Origin: Phycisphaerales bacterium
GTDB taxonomy: Bacteria > Planctomycetota > Phycisphaerae > Phycisphaerales > SM1A02
Length of the DNA stretch: 64,000 nucleotides
NCBI GenBank assembly: GCA_051004555.1
Contig: JBPCKF010000106.1
Span: 3,683 to 67,682 of the forward strand
Reading direction: 5' to 3'
Under the pieces are notes generated by a model, which did no database searches, was not told where the DNA came from, and saw only the letters and a list, made by a program, of their open reading frames with translations. The position numbers and the translations under genes are program-made. Positions 53,192 through 62,817 of this stretch are shown in pieces; within the stretch, counting starts at the first letter, position 1; each line of letters opens with the position of its first letter.

Positions 53192-54928
53192 ATGCGGCTC
53201 TTCCGTTCCCTTTGTGTGATGATACTGTGCGCTTTACCCGCGCTTTCAGCTGCGGCGCAGCTCAATGTTGTTATTCGCTGGAATCGAGCGATGCTTGATG
53301 CCATCGAGCAGAATCCTGCCCGTCCCACCGTCATCTGTCGCTGCATGTTCATCGTCTCTGCTTCAATGTACGATGCATGGACTGCGTATGAAGATACAGC
53401 GATGCCGTACACGCTGGATGAAGATGTCTTTCGCCGTCCACTTTCGCAGCGCACCGATGCCAATCGCGACCGGGCAGTGAGTTATGCGGCCTATCGCGCG
53501 CTCATCGAGTGTTTCCCCGATCAGCAGCCAGAGTTCGCAGCGCTCATGAGCGACCTCGGCTATCCGCTCTCGAACTCGACTGATATCACAACACCCGAGG
53601 GCATCGGCAACGTTGCTGCGAACGAAACCATTGCCCGTCGCAGTAATGATGGCTCGAACTGGCAGAACAACTACGCAGATACGACCTCATCAACATTCCC
53701 AACGCTCTATCAACGACGCAACAAGCCCAATCCCGAATCACGTCGTGCACCGGGCGGCGATCTCTTTGATCCCAATCACTGGCAGCCGCTTCGGGTTGCC
53801 AACGGAACGTTGGTGGATGGTGACGGTGTTCCCATCTTCGACAACGATGATGACTCGACGTACTTCAATCAGGAGTTCCTCACTCCACACTGGGGTGCTG
53901 TGACTCCGTTTGCGCTGCGCTTAGGCAATCAGTTCCGCCCGCCTGCCCCGCCGATGAAGGGATCGTCTCAGCCATATGTTGATTCGCTCGGCAACCGCAT
54001 GACCAACGATCAGGCATGGAATACGCAGTTCGACGCAGTGCTCAACTTCAGTGAGAACCTCACGGACACGCGCAAGGTCATCGCAGAGTTCTGGGCTGAT
54101 GGACCGCGTTCATGGACGCCGCCCGGCCACTGGAATCAGTTTGCACAGGGCCTTGCGATTCGCGACAACATGACGACAGGTCAGTGTGTCAAGATGTTCT
54201 TTGCACTCAACGGCGGCATGCTGGATGCAAGCATCGCAGTCTGGGAGTGTAAGCGCTTCTACGACTACATCCGTCCGGCATCTGCCATTCGGCACAAGTA
54301 CTTCGACCAGATTATCATGGCTTGGGGCGGTCCTGATCAGGGCACGCAACCTATCCTCGGCCAGAACTGGCGACCCTATCAGGCATTGACATTCGTCACG
54401 CCTCCCTTCGCCGAATATGTCTCGGGCCACAGTGCGTTCAGTCGCAACGGCCGCGAAGTCCTGCGTGCCTTCACGGGCAGCGACACATTCTACGACGGTG
54501 TCACCCGCATTCAGGCTGACTTCGACAACGATGGCGAAGAGGACTATCTCGGCGAACACGTCGTGCTGCCGGGCGGCAACATGTTTGAAGGTTCACCCTC
54601 AACAACCATCACACTGCGCTGGACACGCATGCTGGACGCCTCGCGTGAGGCTGGCCTGTCACGCGTCTATGGCGGCATCCACATTCAGGATGGTGACATC
54701 TATGGACGCAAGATCGGCCGTGAAGTCGGGCAGCGAGCCTTCCGCAAGGCCCATGCATACTGGAGCCCCATCCGGGGCGACTTCGAGCGCGATGGTGTGC
54801 TCGACTACTTCGACATCGAGGCGTTCCTCAGATTGGCGCGTGCCAACGATCCAGATGCAGATGTGAATGGCGATGGCCGCATCGACTTCCAGGATTTCAT
54901 CCTCATGTGTATCCTCTGCGGCGGATAA
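53192..54928 (+). CDS. secreted PAP2-superfamily / vanadium-dependent haloperoxidase-like protein with C-terminal EF-hand/dockerin-like motif
   Basis: Signal peptide. PPGHWNQFAQ, PPFAEYVSGHSAFS, SRVYGGIHIQDGD (PAP2-type His/Arg blocks). DVNGDGRIDFQDF at the C-terminus. Confidence 0.7.
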   Translation: MRLFRSLCVMILCALPALSAAAQLNVVIRWNRAMLDAIEQNPARPTVICRCMFIVSASMYDAWTAYEDTAMPYTLDEDVFRRPLSQRTDANRDRAVSYAAYRALIECFPDQQPEFAALMSDLGYPLSNSTDITTPEGIGNVAANETIARRSNDGSNWQNNYADTTSSTFPTLYQRRNKPNPESRRAPGGDLFDPNHWQPLRVANGTLVDGDGVPIFDNDDDSTYFNQEFLTPHWGAVTPFALRLGNQFRPPAPPMKGSSQPYVDSLGNRMTNDQAWNTQFDAVLNFSENLTDTRKVIAEFWADGPRSWTPPGHWNQFAQGLAIRDNMTTGQCVKMFFALNGGMLDASIAVWECKRFYDYIRPASAIRHKYFDQIIMAWGGPDQGTQPILGQNWRPYQALTFVTPPFAEYVSGHSAFSRNGREVLRAFTGSDTFYDGVTRIQADFDNDGEEDYLGEHVVLPGGNMFEGSPSTTITLRWTRMLDASREAGLSRVYGGIHIQDGDIYGRKIGREVGQRAFRKAHAYWSPIRGDFERDGVLDYFDIEAFLRLARANDPDADVNGDGRIDFQDFILMCILCGG

Positions 54929-54980
54929 CGATTTCACACATCAGAACACAGGCTGGTCGCAACGCTGCGGCCAGCCTGTT

Positions 54981-55619
54981 TCAATTGAACTGCCTGACCA
55001 CATCCAGAGCGCCCCGCAGCCGTTGCAGATACGCTTCGCGACTGATCTCCACGCATCCGAACTGCGCGAGATGATCTGTCTTGAACTGCGTATCAAGCAG
55101 CTCGTAGCCGCGATCGCGCAAGCGGCGCACGAGAGCGACCAGGCACACTTTCGACGCATCCCGCCCGCCGAGTGTGGGCCGCGAGAACATCGATTCGCCA
55201 AAGAACGCTCCCCCGAATGTGACACCGTACAGCCCGCCCACCAGAACATCATCGCGCCATGCTTCAACGCTGTGCGCGTTGCCGCGACGGTGCAGTTCTG
55301 TGTACGACGCAATGATTTGTGGCGTAATCCAGGTTTCCGCTTCGTCCCTGCGTGGCTGAGCACATTCCCGCACCACCTCAACGAAGGCTGTGTCGATGCG
55401 AACATCGAAGCGGCCCGATCGGATCACCCGCGCAAGATTCACGGGAACGTGAAATGCATCAAGCGGGAAAATGGCGCGGGGGTCGGGCGAGTACCATGTC
55501 AGTTCGTTCGATCCGGGTTCCCCCATGGGAAAGACGCCATTGCAGTAGGCCCACTCGAGTAACTCTGGGCTGGGTCGATCAGGATCGCAATCGGCAGGTG
55601 GATAAGAATCGCGGAACAT
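54981..55619 (-). CDS. aat: leucyl/phenylalanyl-tRNA--protein transferase
   Basis: GVFPMGE, WYSPDPRAIFPLD, WITPQIIASYTELH, GGLYGVTFGGAFFGESMFS, LLDTQ. Confidence 0.9.
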   Translation of the reverse strand: MFRDSYPPADCDPDRPSPELLEWAYCNGVFPMGEPGSNELTWYSPDPRAIFPLDAFHVPVNLARVIRSGRFDVRIDTAFVEVVRECAQPRRDEAETWITPQIIASYTELHRRGNAHSVEAWRDDVLVGGLYGVTFGGAFFGESMFSRPTLGGRDASKVCLVALVRRLRDRGYELLDTQFKTDHLAQFGCVEISREAYLQRLRGALDVVRQFN

Positions 55620-55676
55620 GTGGTTGCGTACTATATTATCGAATCCCTCATGACAGCCCACGGGAGTTGTTTGAAC

Positions 55677-56525
55677 ATGACACGACCACACATCAGCCGC
55701 GCTTGCATTCGAACATCCCTTTCAGTTGCTTGTGCCCTCAACGTCACGCTGTTCGCAGTTGCTGATGGGCGCATCATCATCACGGAGACCATGCACAACC
55801 CTCCATCCAACGAACAGAAGGGCGAGGCGGAGTGGGGGGAAATCGCCAACGTTGGCGATGGGCCGATCGAAATCACCAACTGGCGGCTGGATGATGAAGA
55901 CACCCAACCCTGGGCTGACTGGGGTTCATTCTCGTGCACACTGCCCGCTGGCGCTGTGGCTGTGCTGATCAACCAGGACGCAGTCACAGAAGAAGAGTTC
56001 AGGCAAGCATGGCAGTTGCCGGTCGTTGAGGTCTCAGATGATGTCGAGAAGGGTGAAGTCGGAGAGGGCGCATCCGAGACCGAAGACTCCGTCTCGATAC
56101 CCGCCTGCCTTGTGATTCCCATCAAATGGGGCAGTCTTGCTAATGGGCCCGACGAGGAAAACGAAATCCTGCAACTGCTTGATGAAGCTGGCAGTGTGAT
56201 ATGCGAGGTCAACTTTCAGGCAGGTGGCGATTGGCCGCGCTCGGCTGCTCCGGGCGGAGCGAGCCTCGAACTCATCGACATCACCGCAATCGATTTCAAC
56301 GACCCAACATTGTGGCGGGCAGCAAAGGACGGCGTCGATGGTGCGCGTCACAACATCAAGACCCCAGCATTTGACGGTGATGATGTTGGCTCGCCTGGCG
56401 TGGTTGTCGGCCTCGATTCCCCAGCCAGCCCGCCCACGCTTACACAGCCGACTGATGGAGAGAAGCCGGATGAACCCCCGTCGGGAACGGGTAACGACAA
56501 CAAACCTAATCGCATCGATTATTAA
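55677..56525 (+). CDS. secreted lamin-tail-domain (LTD) protein
   Basis: IIITETMHNPPS...EWGEIANVGDGPIEITNWRLDDED is the LTD signature. A second beta-rich half. Pro/Asp-rich tail. Confidence 0.7.
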   Translation: MTRPHISRACIRTSLSVACALNVTLFAVADGRIIITETMHNPPSNEQKGEAEWGEIANVGDGPIEITNWRLDDEDTQPWADWGSFSCTLPAGAVAVLINQDAVTEEEFRQAWQLPVVEVSDDVEKGEVGEGASETEDSVSIPACLVIPIKWGSLANGPDEENEILQLLDEAGSVICEVNFQAGGDWPRSAAPGGASLELIDITAIDFNDPTLWRAAKDGVDGARHNIKTPAFDGDDVGSPGVVVGLDSPASPPTLTQPTDGEKPDEPPSGTGNDNKPNRIDY

Positions 56526-56545
56526 CATCTAGGAATGTACGTTCA

Positions 56546-57502
56546 ATGAAGTATCGCCGTCTTGGTGCATGGGGCACACAACTCTCGGAAATCGGTTTTG
56601 GCAGTTGGCTCACCATTCGCAATCATGGCCAGGACATTGCAGATCAACTGCATCGGACTGCCTACGAAAATGGCATCAACTTCTTCGACACAGCCAACGT
56701 CTATGGCGGTGGCGAAACCGAAGGCATAGTCGGGCGCGCTCTCAAACCGTTCCAGCGTGAAACCTATGTGCTTGCAACCAAACTCTTCTTTCCCTTCCAG
56801 CGCGACTGGCCATTTCCAGGTGCGAACGATCGTGGCCTCAGTCGCAAGCAGGTGTTTGAACGCTGCCATGTTTCTTTGAAGCAACTGGGGACCGACTATA
56901 TCGATCTGTATCAATGCCATCGGTACGACGAAGATACTCCCCTGGCAGAAACCTGCCATGCATTCAACGATCTCATCAACCAGGGCAAGGTGTTGTATTG
57001 GGGCGTCAGCCAATGGACCGCTGCGCAGATTGTTGATGCGGTGGAACTATGTCAGGAACACGGTTGGCATCTGCCTGCATGCAATCAGCCGCAATACAAC
57101 ATGCTGCAGCGACACTGGGAAGATGAGGTCTTTCCGACATGCATGCGCCATGGCCTGGGCATTGTCTGCTTCTCACCCCTGGCCGAGGGTATTCTGACCG
57201 GAAAATATACTGATGGCGTTCCTGCGGACAGCCGTGCCGGTGATCCGAATCAGAATCAATTTATTAAGGACAAGCTCAACCCCACGACGTTGCAGACGGT
57301 GGCGCGTCTGGCTGAGCTCGCAGATGGCCTGGGGCTGACCATGAGTGTTCTTGCCCTGGCGTGGTGCCTGCGGCGGCTGGAACTCACCAGCGCCATCATC
57401 GGCGCAAGTAAGAGCGATCAGATTATCGAAAATGTTGCAGCGTCAGATGTGACTCTTGATGATGATGTGCTTGATCGCATCAACGCCATTCTTGGAAAGT
57501 GA
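56546..57502 (+). CDS. aldo/keto reductase (Kv-beta-like)
   Basis: GFGSW, NFFDTANVYGGGETE, DLYQCHRYD, GVSQW, the typical AKR layout. Confidence 0.9.
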   Translation: MKYRRLGAWGTQLSEIGFGSWLTIRNHGQDIADQLHRTAYENGINFFDTANVYGGGETEGIVGRALKPFQRETYVLATKLFFPFQRDWPFPGANDRGLSRKQVFERCHVSLKQLGTDYIDLYQCHRYDEDTPLAETCHAFNDLINQGKVLYWGVSQWTAAQIVDAVELCQEHGWHLPACNQPQYNMLQRHWEDEVFPTCMRHGLGIVCFSPLAEGILTGKYTDGVPADSRAGDPNQNQFIKDKLNPTTLQTVARLAELADGLGLTMSVLALAWCLRRLELTSAIIGASKSDQIIENVAASDVTLDDDVLDRINAILGK

Positions 57503-57509
57503 TATCCTC

Positions 57510-58559
57510 ATGTTGTTCCGCGCAATCATCGCTGTAGTGATATCGCTACCCATATGCGCTGCATGTGGTGATGATCCAGGCGCGCATGTTGCTGTTGACC
57601 CGTATGCACATGTGCGTGGGATGACCGTTTCCTGCCAGACGTGGGGCTGGGAATGGGGTAGCGATGACATGATCACTGCCATGCAGGAACTCAAAGCAAT
57701 GGGCGTCAACTGGATTGCCATTCATCCATATGCAGGCATTCGCCAGGACGGAACGGTGAGTTCAGGACGCATGGGTCGTGAGCAGGATGGCGACCATCCA
57801 CAATGGCTCAGACGCCCCATCGAAGAAGCGCATCGACTTGGATTGAAAATCATGATCAAGCCGCACATTGCCTATTGGGGGAGCGGATTCAAGTGGCGCG
57901 GCGAAATTGCTTTTGGCAATGACGATGCAGCGTGGCAAAACTTCTTCGAAACGTACCGTGCATGGATTCTCGACGTCGCGACCATCTGCCACGATGCAGA
58001 TGCATTTGTTGTGGGAACCGAACTCGATCAGACCGTCCGCTTTGAATCAGAATGGCGCGCGATTATTTCGGATGTGCGCAACGTGATGCCCGCTGTGCCG
58101 TTGACATATGCTGCCAATTGGGATCAGTATCAGCAAATCAGATTCTGGAATGACCTGGATGTGATTGGTATACAGGCATATTTTCCGCTGGTCGGGCACA
58201 GGAACACTCCCGAAACTGATGAGTTGACGACAGCCTGGCAGCGCGTCCTCCAGGCGATTGAACATTACGCATGTGAACACGATCGACGTGTTGTATTCAC
58301 AGAACTCGGTTACAACACCTCATCGCTGGCAGCCCATTCACCCTGGGAGTCGCAGAGCGGCGGCCCGCACGCAGAAATGATTCAGGAACGCTGCCTCAGC
58401 GCAGCCTTGCAGTCGTTACGCGAACCAGATGTCGTTGCAGGCGCATTTCTCTGGAAATGGTTTCCTGGCAGCCCGCACGGCGAGAACTTTCTCATGTCAA
58501 CGCCCGCGATGCGCAGAGTCATCCATAGATGTTGGGGCGGGACCGACGCACCGCACTGA
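57510..58559 (+). CDS. lipoprotein, clan GH-A TIM-barrel glycoside hydrolase-like
   Basis: Lipobox-like LPICAAC. VVGTELD (acid/base-like) and VVFTELGYN (nucleophile-like) blocks. The GH family is not assignable by eye. Confidence 0.55.
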   Translation: MLFRAIIAVVISLPICAACGDDPGAHVAVDPYAHVRGMTVSCQTWGWEWGSDDMITAMQELKAMGVNWIAIHPYAGIRQDGTVSSGRMGREQDGDHPQWLRRPIEEAHRLGLKIMIKPHIAYWGSGFKWRGEIAFGNDDAAWQNFFETYRAWILDVATICHDADAFVVGTELDQTVRFESEWRAIISDVRNVMPAVPLTYAANWDQYQQIRFWNDLDVIGIQAYFPLVGHRNTPETDELTTAWQRVLQAIEHYACEHDRRVVFTELGYNTSSLAAHSPWESQSGGPHAEMIQERCLSAALQSLREPDVVAGAFLWKWFPGSPHGENFLMSTPAMRRVIHRCWGGTDAPH

Positions 58560-58581
58560 TTGTTCGTAGCCGCGCGCAACT

Positions 58582-60705
58582 TCACGCAGCCAGGTCGACG
58601 CTACTCCACATGCCGATGAGATGATTCACCCAGTGGGCAGGATCTTCGGAGATGCGCTGTTTGGGCAGAACCGCATTCGCGCCAGCAGCCATCGCTTCGT
58701 GAATCTCCTGGCCGCTGCAACTGCCACACAACACAACAACAGGCGTCAGGTTGAGCACCTCATGGCGCTTGATGATCTGCGTGAACTCAATGCCTGAGGT
58801 CGCCCGTTCGCCCAAATCCAGATCACAGAGGATCAGCGTGGGCAATGGCTCAGCATTGGCGATCGAGTCGTTGAGCATTGCAAGTGCGTGTTCAGCAGAT
58901 AGCGCATGTTGAAACTTCAATTGCTCCACCTGCTCGATAACGTGGCGCACCAGGGCAGCTGACGTCGGATCGTCGTCGATCACCAGTATTGACTCCGCTT
59001 GATCAACAGTGACTGGATGAACTTTCGCTCCCACTTCGCGTTGAACATTGGTTTGGACAGTGTCATCGATCGTGGGTGCGGTTTGATACGCAACCGCAGC
59101 GTCTCCATGTTCATGAATGACGTGAGGCCCGACAGTTACTTGGGCCTCCTCTGCAGCAGCCACATTCACCTGCGCTGGGGCTTCCATAACTCGCGTCTCA
59201 GCAGGCGTGACCTTCGGGCTGAACGCCCGCACGCAGTTCCGCCCACCCTTTTTCGCAGCATACGAGGCCTTGTCAGCAGCCTGCAGCAACCGCCCGGGAG
59301 AACTGAGGATCGAGCGCGACACACTGTCTGCTGCTGCGACGCCAACACTGATGGTGATCGCCAGTTCCTCGGGAGCGCCCGGCACACTGCCAAGGCGAAA
59401 TGTCTTCTGTTCGATCGCACGTCGCATCTTCTCCCCCACAGCTGCTGCTGTGCGCAGATCTGCGTCTGGGAACAGGACTGCAAACTCTTCGCCACCGTAG
59501 CGACAGACGATGCCGCACTCGCCCACCGCAGCCTGCATTCGGGCAGAGAGCTCGATGAGCACTGTATCTCCAACCTGATGGCCGTGTGTATCGTTCACAC
59601 CCTTGAATCGGTCCACATCCACGAATGCGACCGCAACTGAACCATTGCGCGCGACAGCATCATCAAACATCGCTTCCAGACGGCAATCAAAATGCTTGCG
59701 GTTGAAGGCGCTAGTGAGGGCATCTGTCACAGTTTCGCGGGCCAGTTGATCGTTGGATCGCTGCAATTGATCCTGTGCCTGCTGGATGGCAATCTGATGT
59801 TGCATCATGCGTTCAGATGCCTGTGCAAGGATGCTATCGATGTCGGGCCTCTTGCCGATCTCGACTTTCAACAAGCTCGAGAGTTGGCCTGCATCATTGC
59901 CGATGACTTCGAGCAGATGCTCAGCTGATGGGCGGTCGAGGTTTAGGGAGTTCTGAGCGGTCGCAATGTAGTCTGCCAGTTTGGTACTGGTTGTACCTGC
60001 GCTGAGGCAATCAGCAGAGAGATTGGCGACGTTGAGGATTCTTGCCACGGGGGCGATCGATGGACATGCTGCTTCGGGCTTATGATGAAAGCGAATGGGC
60101 GCGGTGAGCTGTTCGGGAAGGCGCCACTGTTCGGCCATGTGCGACCCGACTTCAGCGTGATCAAAGCCGAATGCCTCACGCTCCCGGGCTGGGAGCATTT
60201 CGTGATCGCGCACCTCCGCCAGAAGCTGCGCGTATTCATCGGGAATGGCCTTGTGCATGGCAATCATGCCAACATCCTGCAGCAGGGCCGTCACAAAGGC
60301 CTCTTCCGGATCACATACGCGCGTCTGCTCCGCCAAAATTCGCGCAGCCGCTGCGCTGTACATGCAGTGTCGCCAATACTCCTCGAAGTCGAAGCCCGAA
60401 TCGTCATCATCCTGTCTGATGGAATCGACCAGGCTGAATCCAAGCACCACCGACTTCACAGTGTTCAATCCGAGATAACACAATGCGCGGCTGATTGTGG
60501 GACAGGGTGTCGAGAGGCCGTAGAAACTCGAGTTCACGGTCTTCAGGATTCGGCTGGTCAAGGCCTGATCAGCCTGCACGCATTCTGCCATTTCCTGCAG
60601 CTTCACCTCGGGTCGTCCTGTAAGTTCAAGAACACGAAGCGCAACAGCCGGCAGTGTCGGAAGATGGGGACTGGTGAGAATATGTTCGATTGCAATCTCT
60701 GGCAT
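58582..60705 (-). CDS. HDOD domain - GGDEF diguanylate cyclase - C-terminal receiver domain protein
   Basis: HDOD-like ILTSPHLPTLPAVALRVLEL...; GGDEF RYGGEEFAVLFP with VAFVDVDRFKGVND; C-terminal ILVIDDDP...ILCDLDL receiver pattern. Start set at MPEIAIEH. Confidence 0.85.
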   Translation of the reverse strand: MPEIAIEHILTSPHLPTLPAVALRVLELTGRPEVKLQEMAECVQADQALTSRILKTVNSSFYGLSTPCPTISRALCYLGLNTVKSVVLGFSLVDSIRQDDDDSGFDFEEYWRHCMYSAAAARILAEQTRVCDPEEAFVTALLQDVGMIAMHKAIPDEYAQLLAEVRDHEMLPAREREAFGFDHAEVGSHMAEQWRLPEQLTAPIRFHHKPEAACPSIAPVARILNVANLSADCLSAGTTSTKLADYIATAQNSLNLDRPSAEHLLEVIGNDAGQLSSLLKVEIGKRPDIDSILAQASERMMQHQIAIQQAQDQLQRSNDQLARETVTDALTSAFNRKHFDCRLEAMFDDAVARNGSVAVAFVDVDRFKGVNDTHGHQVGDTVLIELSARMQAAVGECGIVCRYGGEEFAVLFPDADLRTAAAVGEKMRRAIEQKTFRLGSVPGAPEELAITISVGVAAADSVSRSILSSPGRLLQAADKASYAAKKGGRNCVRAFSPKVTPAETRVMEAPAQVNVAAAEEAQVTVGPHVIHEHGDAAVAYQTAPTIDDTVQTNVQREVGAKVHPVTVDQAESILVIDDDPTSAALVRHVIEQVEQLKFQHALSAEHALAMLNDSIANAEPLPTLILCDLDLGERATSGIEFTQIIKRHEVLNLTPVVVLCGSCSGQEIHEAMAAGANAVLPKQRISEDPAHWVNHLIGMWSSVDLAA

Positions 60706-60897
60706 CAGTTGGACTCTCGGAAACGACCGCGCAAGGCTGGAAACATCAAACCGACTGACCCCGGAGAAATCTGATCTTCGCTCATCGACGGAAGGGATCG
60801 CGTGCTTAAGCGGATTCTGCCTCGGCAATGTCTTATCAGACCAGTCTTGAACATTGATCACGCGAATAGAATGGCGGCCTCCCCTTCTTCCTATAAC

Positions 60898-61578
60898 ATG
60901 GAGACACACACGATGGTTTCAATGCGCATGATCGCAGTTGGATCAGTCATCGCAGCCGGCTTTGTCCTTGGCACGGCTTTGCTTCTTCCCACCGGCTCGC
61001 CATCAGCTCCCGCAGCCGCGCACCAGGATCCGCCATCCATGGAAGAGATGATGGCTGCCATGGAGAAAGCCATGACGCCCGGTCCCGAGCACGCCCAACT
61101 CGCGCGGGCCGCTGGCACGTGGGACCTCACGATGAAGATCTACATGGCTGGGCCCGATGCAGAGCGAACTTCGTACAAGGGCACCTCCGTGATCACATCC
61201 GAACTCGGCGGCCGCTTCATCCTCGATCGCGCAAGGTGGACCATGATGATGCCCAATGCTACCGGCGCGATGGAAGAGATCGAAGTCGAAGGCATCGGCA
61301 TCACCGGCTTCGACAACACTCGACAGATGTATGTCGGATCGTGGTGTGACAGTATGAACACCCATCTGCTTACGATGGCAGGTTCCATGCCACCGGGAAG
61401 CAACGTGCTCACCATGTACGGCGAGATGGATGAACCGATGCTCAATGTATTCGGCCGCACTGTGAAGTATGTCATCACGCACATCGATGACAATCATTCG
61501 ACCTTTGCGATCTATGACCTGCATGCAGGTGATGATTACAAGGTTGTTGAGATAGAATACACGCGTGCAGAACGTTGA
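60898..61578 (+). CDS. DUF1579-family secreted protein
   Basis: PGPEHAQLARAAGTWDLTMKIY...GTSVITSELGGRFILDR...HSTFAIYD pattern. Start ambiguous (ATG 60898 or 60913). Confidence 0.7.
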   Translation: METHTMVSMRMIAVGSVIAAGFVLGTALLLPTGSPSAPAAAHQDPPSMEEMMAAMEKAMTPGPEHAQLARAAGTWDLTMKIYMAGPDAERTSYKGTSVITSELGGRFILDRARWTMMMPNATGAMEEIEVEGIGITGFDNTRQMYVGSWCDSMNTHLLTMAGSMPPGSNVLTMYGEMDEPMLNVFGRTVKYVITHIDDNHSTFAIYDLHAGDDYKVVEIEYTRAER

Positions 61579-61737
61579 AGCAGCGGCGGCTGTTGATGTC
61601 TAAGAAACAGCGGGAACTTTCATCACATCACCTGACTGCAAGGGAGCGATACCCTGAACGCAGATGAATATTCGCAACGCGGAAACGAAACGGACCTTCT
61701 GCAACAGTATCTTGCTGAGCGTTCCGAACCCTGTCCG

Positions 61738-62127
61738 ATGTGTCACTACGACCTGCGGGCCCTGCGCGGGCAACATTGTCCGGAATGCGGCCATGCACTG
61801 CGATTGCGGGTGGGACTGGAGTCGCCCAATATGGGGGCATTCCTCACAGGGCTCATCGGGCTGTCCGCGGCTGTAGGGTTCACTGGACTTGTGTTGCTGT
61901 GGGTTTTCATTATGCTTGCTATTACACGAAGGGGCGGACCGGACTTCGCTGATATTGCAACGCTCGTCATCGAGTTCGTTGTTTCAGCAGGGCTGATGAT
62001 GTTCTGGCTGCGGAATGGATCGCGCATTCGGCGGCTGGGGCCCGATCGCCGCATCATGCTGGCGGCGTGCTGCTGGGTGTACGCCATTGTTGTGCTGCTT
62101 GTTTTCGCGATGATCGCGGGAGGATAG
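61738..62127 (+). CDS. membrane protein with N-terminal zinc-ribbon; canonical start probably too far downstream
   Basis: Three to four TM helices. The in-frame upstream sequence ...LLQQYLAERSEPCPMCHYDLRALRGQHCPECGH shows that the first CxxC pair straddles ATG 61738. Confidence 0.45.
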   Translation: MCHYDLRALRGQHCPECGHALRLRVGLESPNMGAFLTGLIGLSAAVGFTGLVLLWVFIMLAITRRGGPDFADIATLVIEFVVSAGLMMFWLRNGSRIRRLGPDRRIMLAACCWVYAIVVLLVFAMIAGG

Positions 62128-62130
62128 ACA

Positions 62131-62709
62131 GTGCCGCAGCGCCTCCCTCAGCCGTGGCGCCTGTTTCTTGCGATCCATCCTCCGTCTGATGTCGCGGCGC
62201 AAATGTGCGGGGTGAACGACCTGATTGACCCGTGTTTCGGGTGCAGGCCAACGCCAGTTGAACAGGTGCATCTGACGCTCCAGTTCATCGGCGACACGCC
62301 ACAATCACGCATGGAAACGGTCATCGAGTCGATCGCGCGAGCGGCAAGCGGAATCGGCCCTGTCCATCTGCAGCCACAGCGTTTGCGCATCCTGCCCGAT
62401 CGTGGACCGGCCCGTGTCCTTGCGATTGAGGCCAATCAGACACCAGCGTTACTTGAACTCAAACGTCGCCTTGCGTCACGCCTCGCTCAGCGGCGTCAAA
62501 AGCATCGCGATGCAGCCAGCGCCTTCCTGCCCCACTTTACGATTGCGCGATTCAAGCCGCCATCTTCCGAAATCAATCGCGAGCAGATAGATGCGATCAC
62601 AATCAATGCTGAACTGGCGTTCACCGCGAACGCCATCACCCTGATGCGAAGTACCCTCAAGCCAGGCGGCTCGGAACACGCGAGCGTCCAGACGTTCACA
62701 CGCGCATGA
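62131..62709 (+). CDS. thpR: RNA 2',3'-cyclic phosphodiesterase (2H family, LigT/ThpR)
   Basis: Two HxT motifs (HLTLQFIG and HFTIARF) with the expected spacing. Confidence 0.85.
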   Translation: MPQRLPQPWRLFLAIHPPSDVAAQMCGVNDLIDPCFGCRPTPVEQVHLTLQFIGDTPQSRMETVIESIARAASGIGPVHLQPQRLRILPDRGPARVLAIEANQTPALLELKRRLASRLAQRRQKHRDAASAFLPHFTIARFKPPSSEINREQIDAITINAELAFTANAITLMRSTLKPGGSEHASVQTFTRA

Positions 62710-62817
62710 TACGTTCACACTCGCATGATCTGAAGCACGCTTCATTCATTTGTAATCACAATCGCCACTTCCGCCCGAGTCACCTACCATCGACATCAAC
62801 ATGTCCGCGCTATTGCA

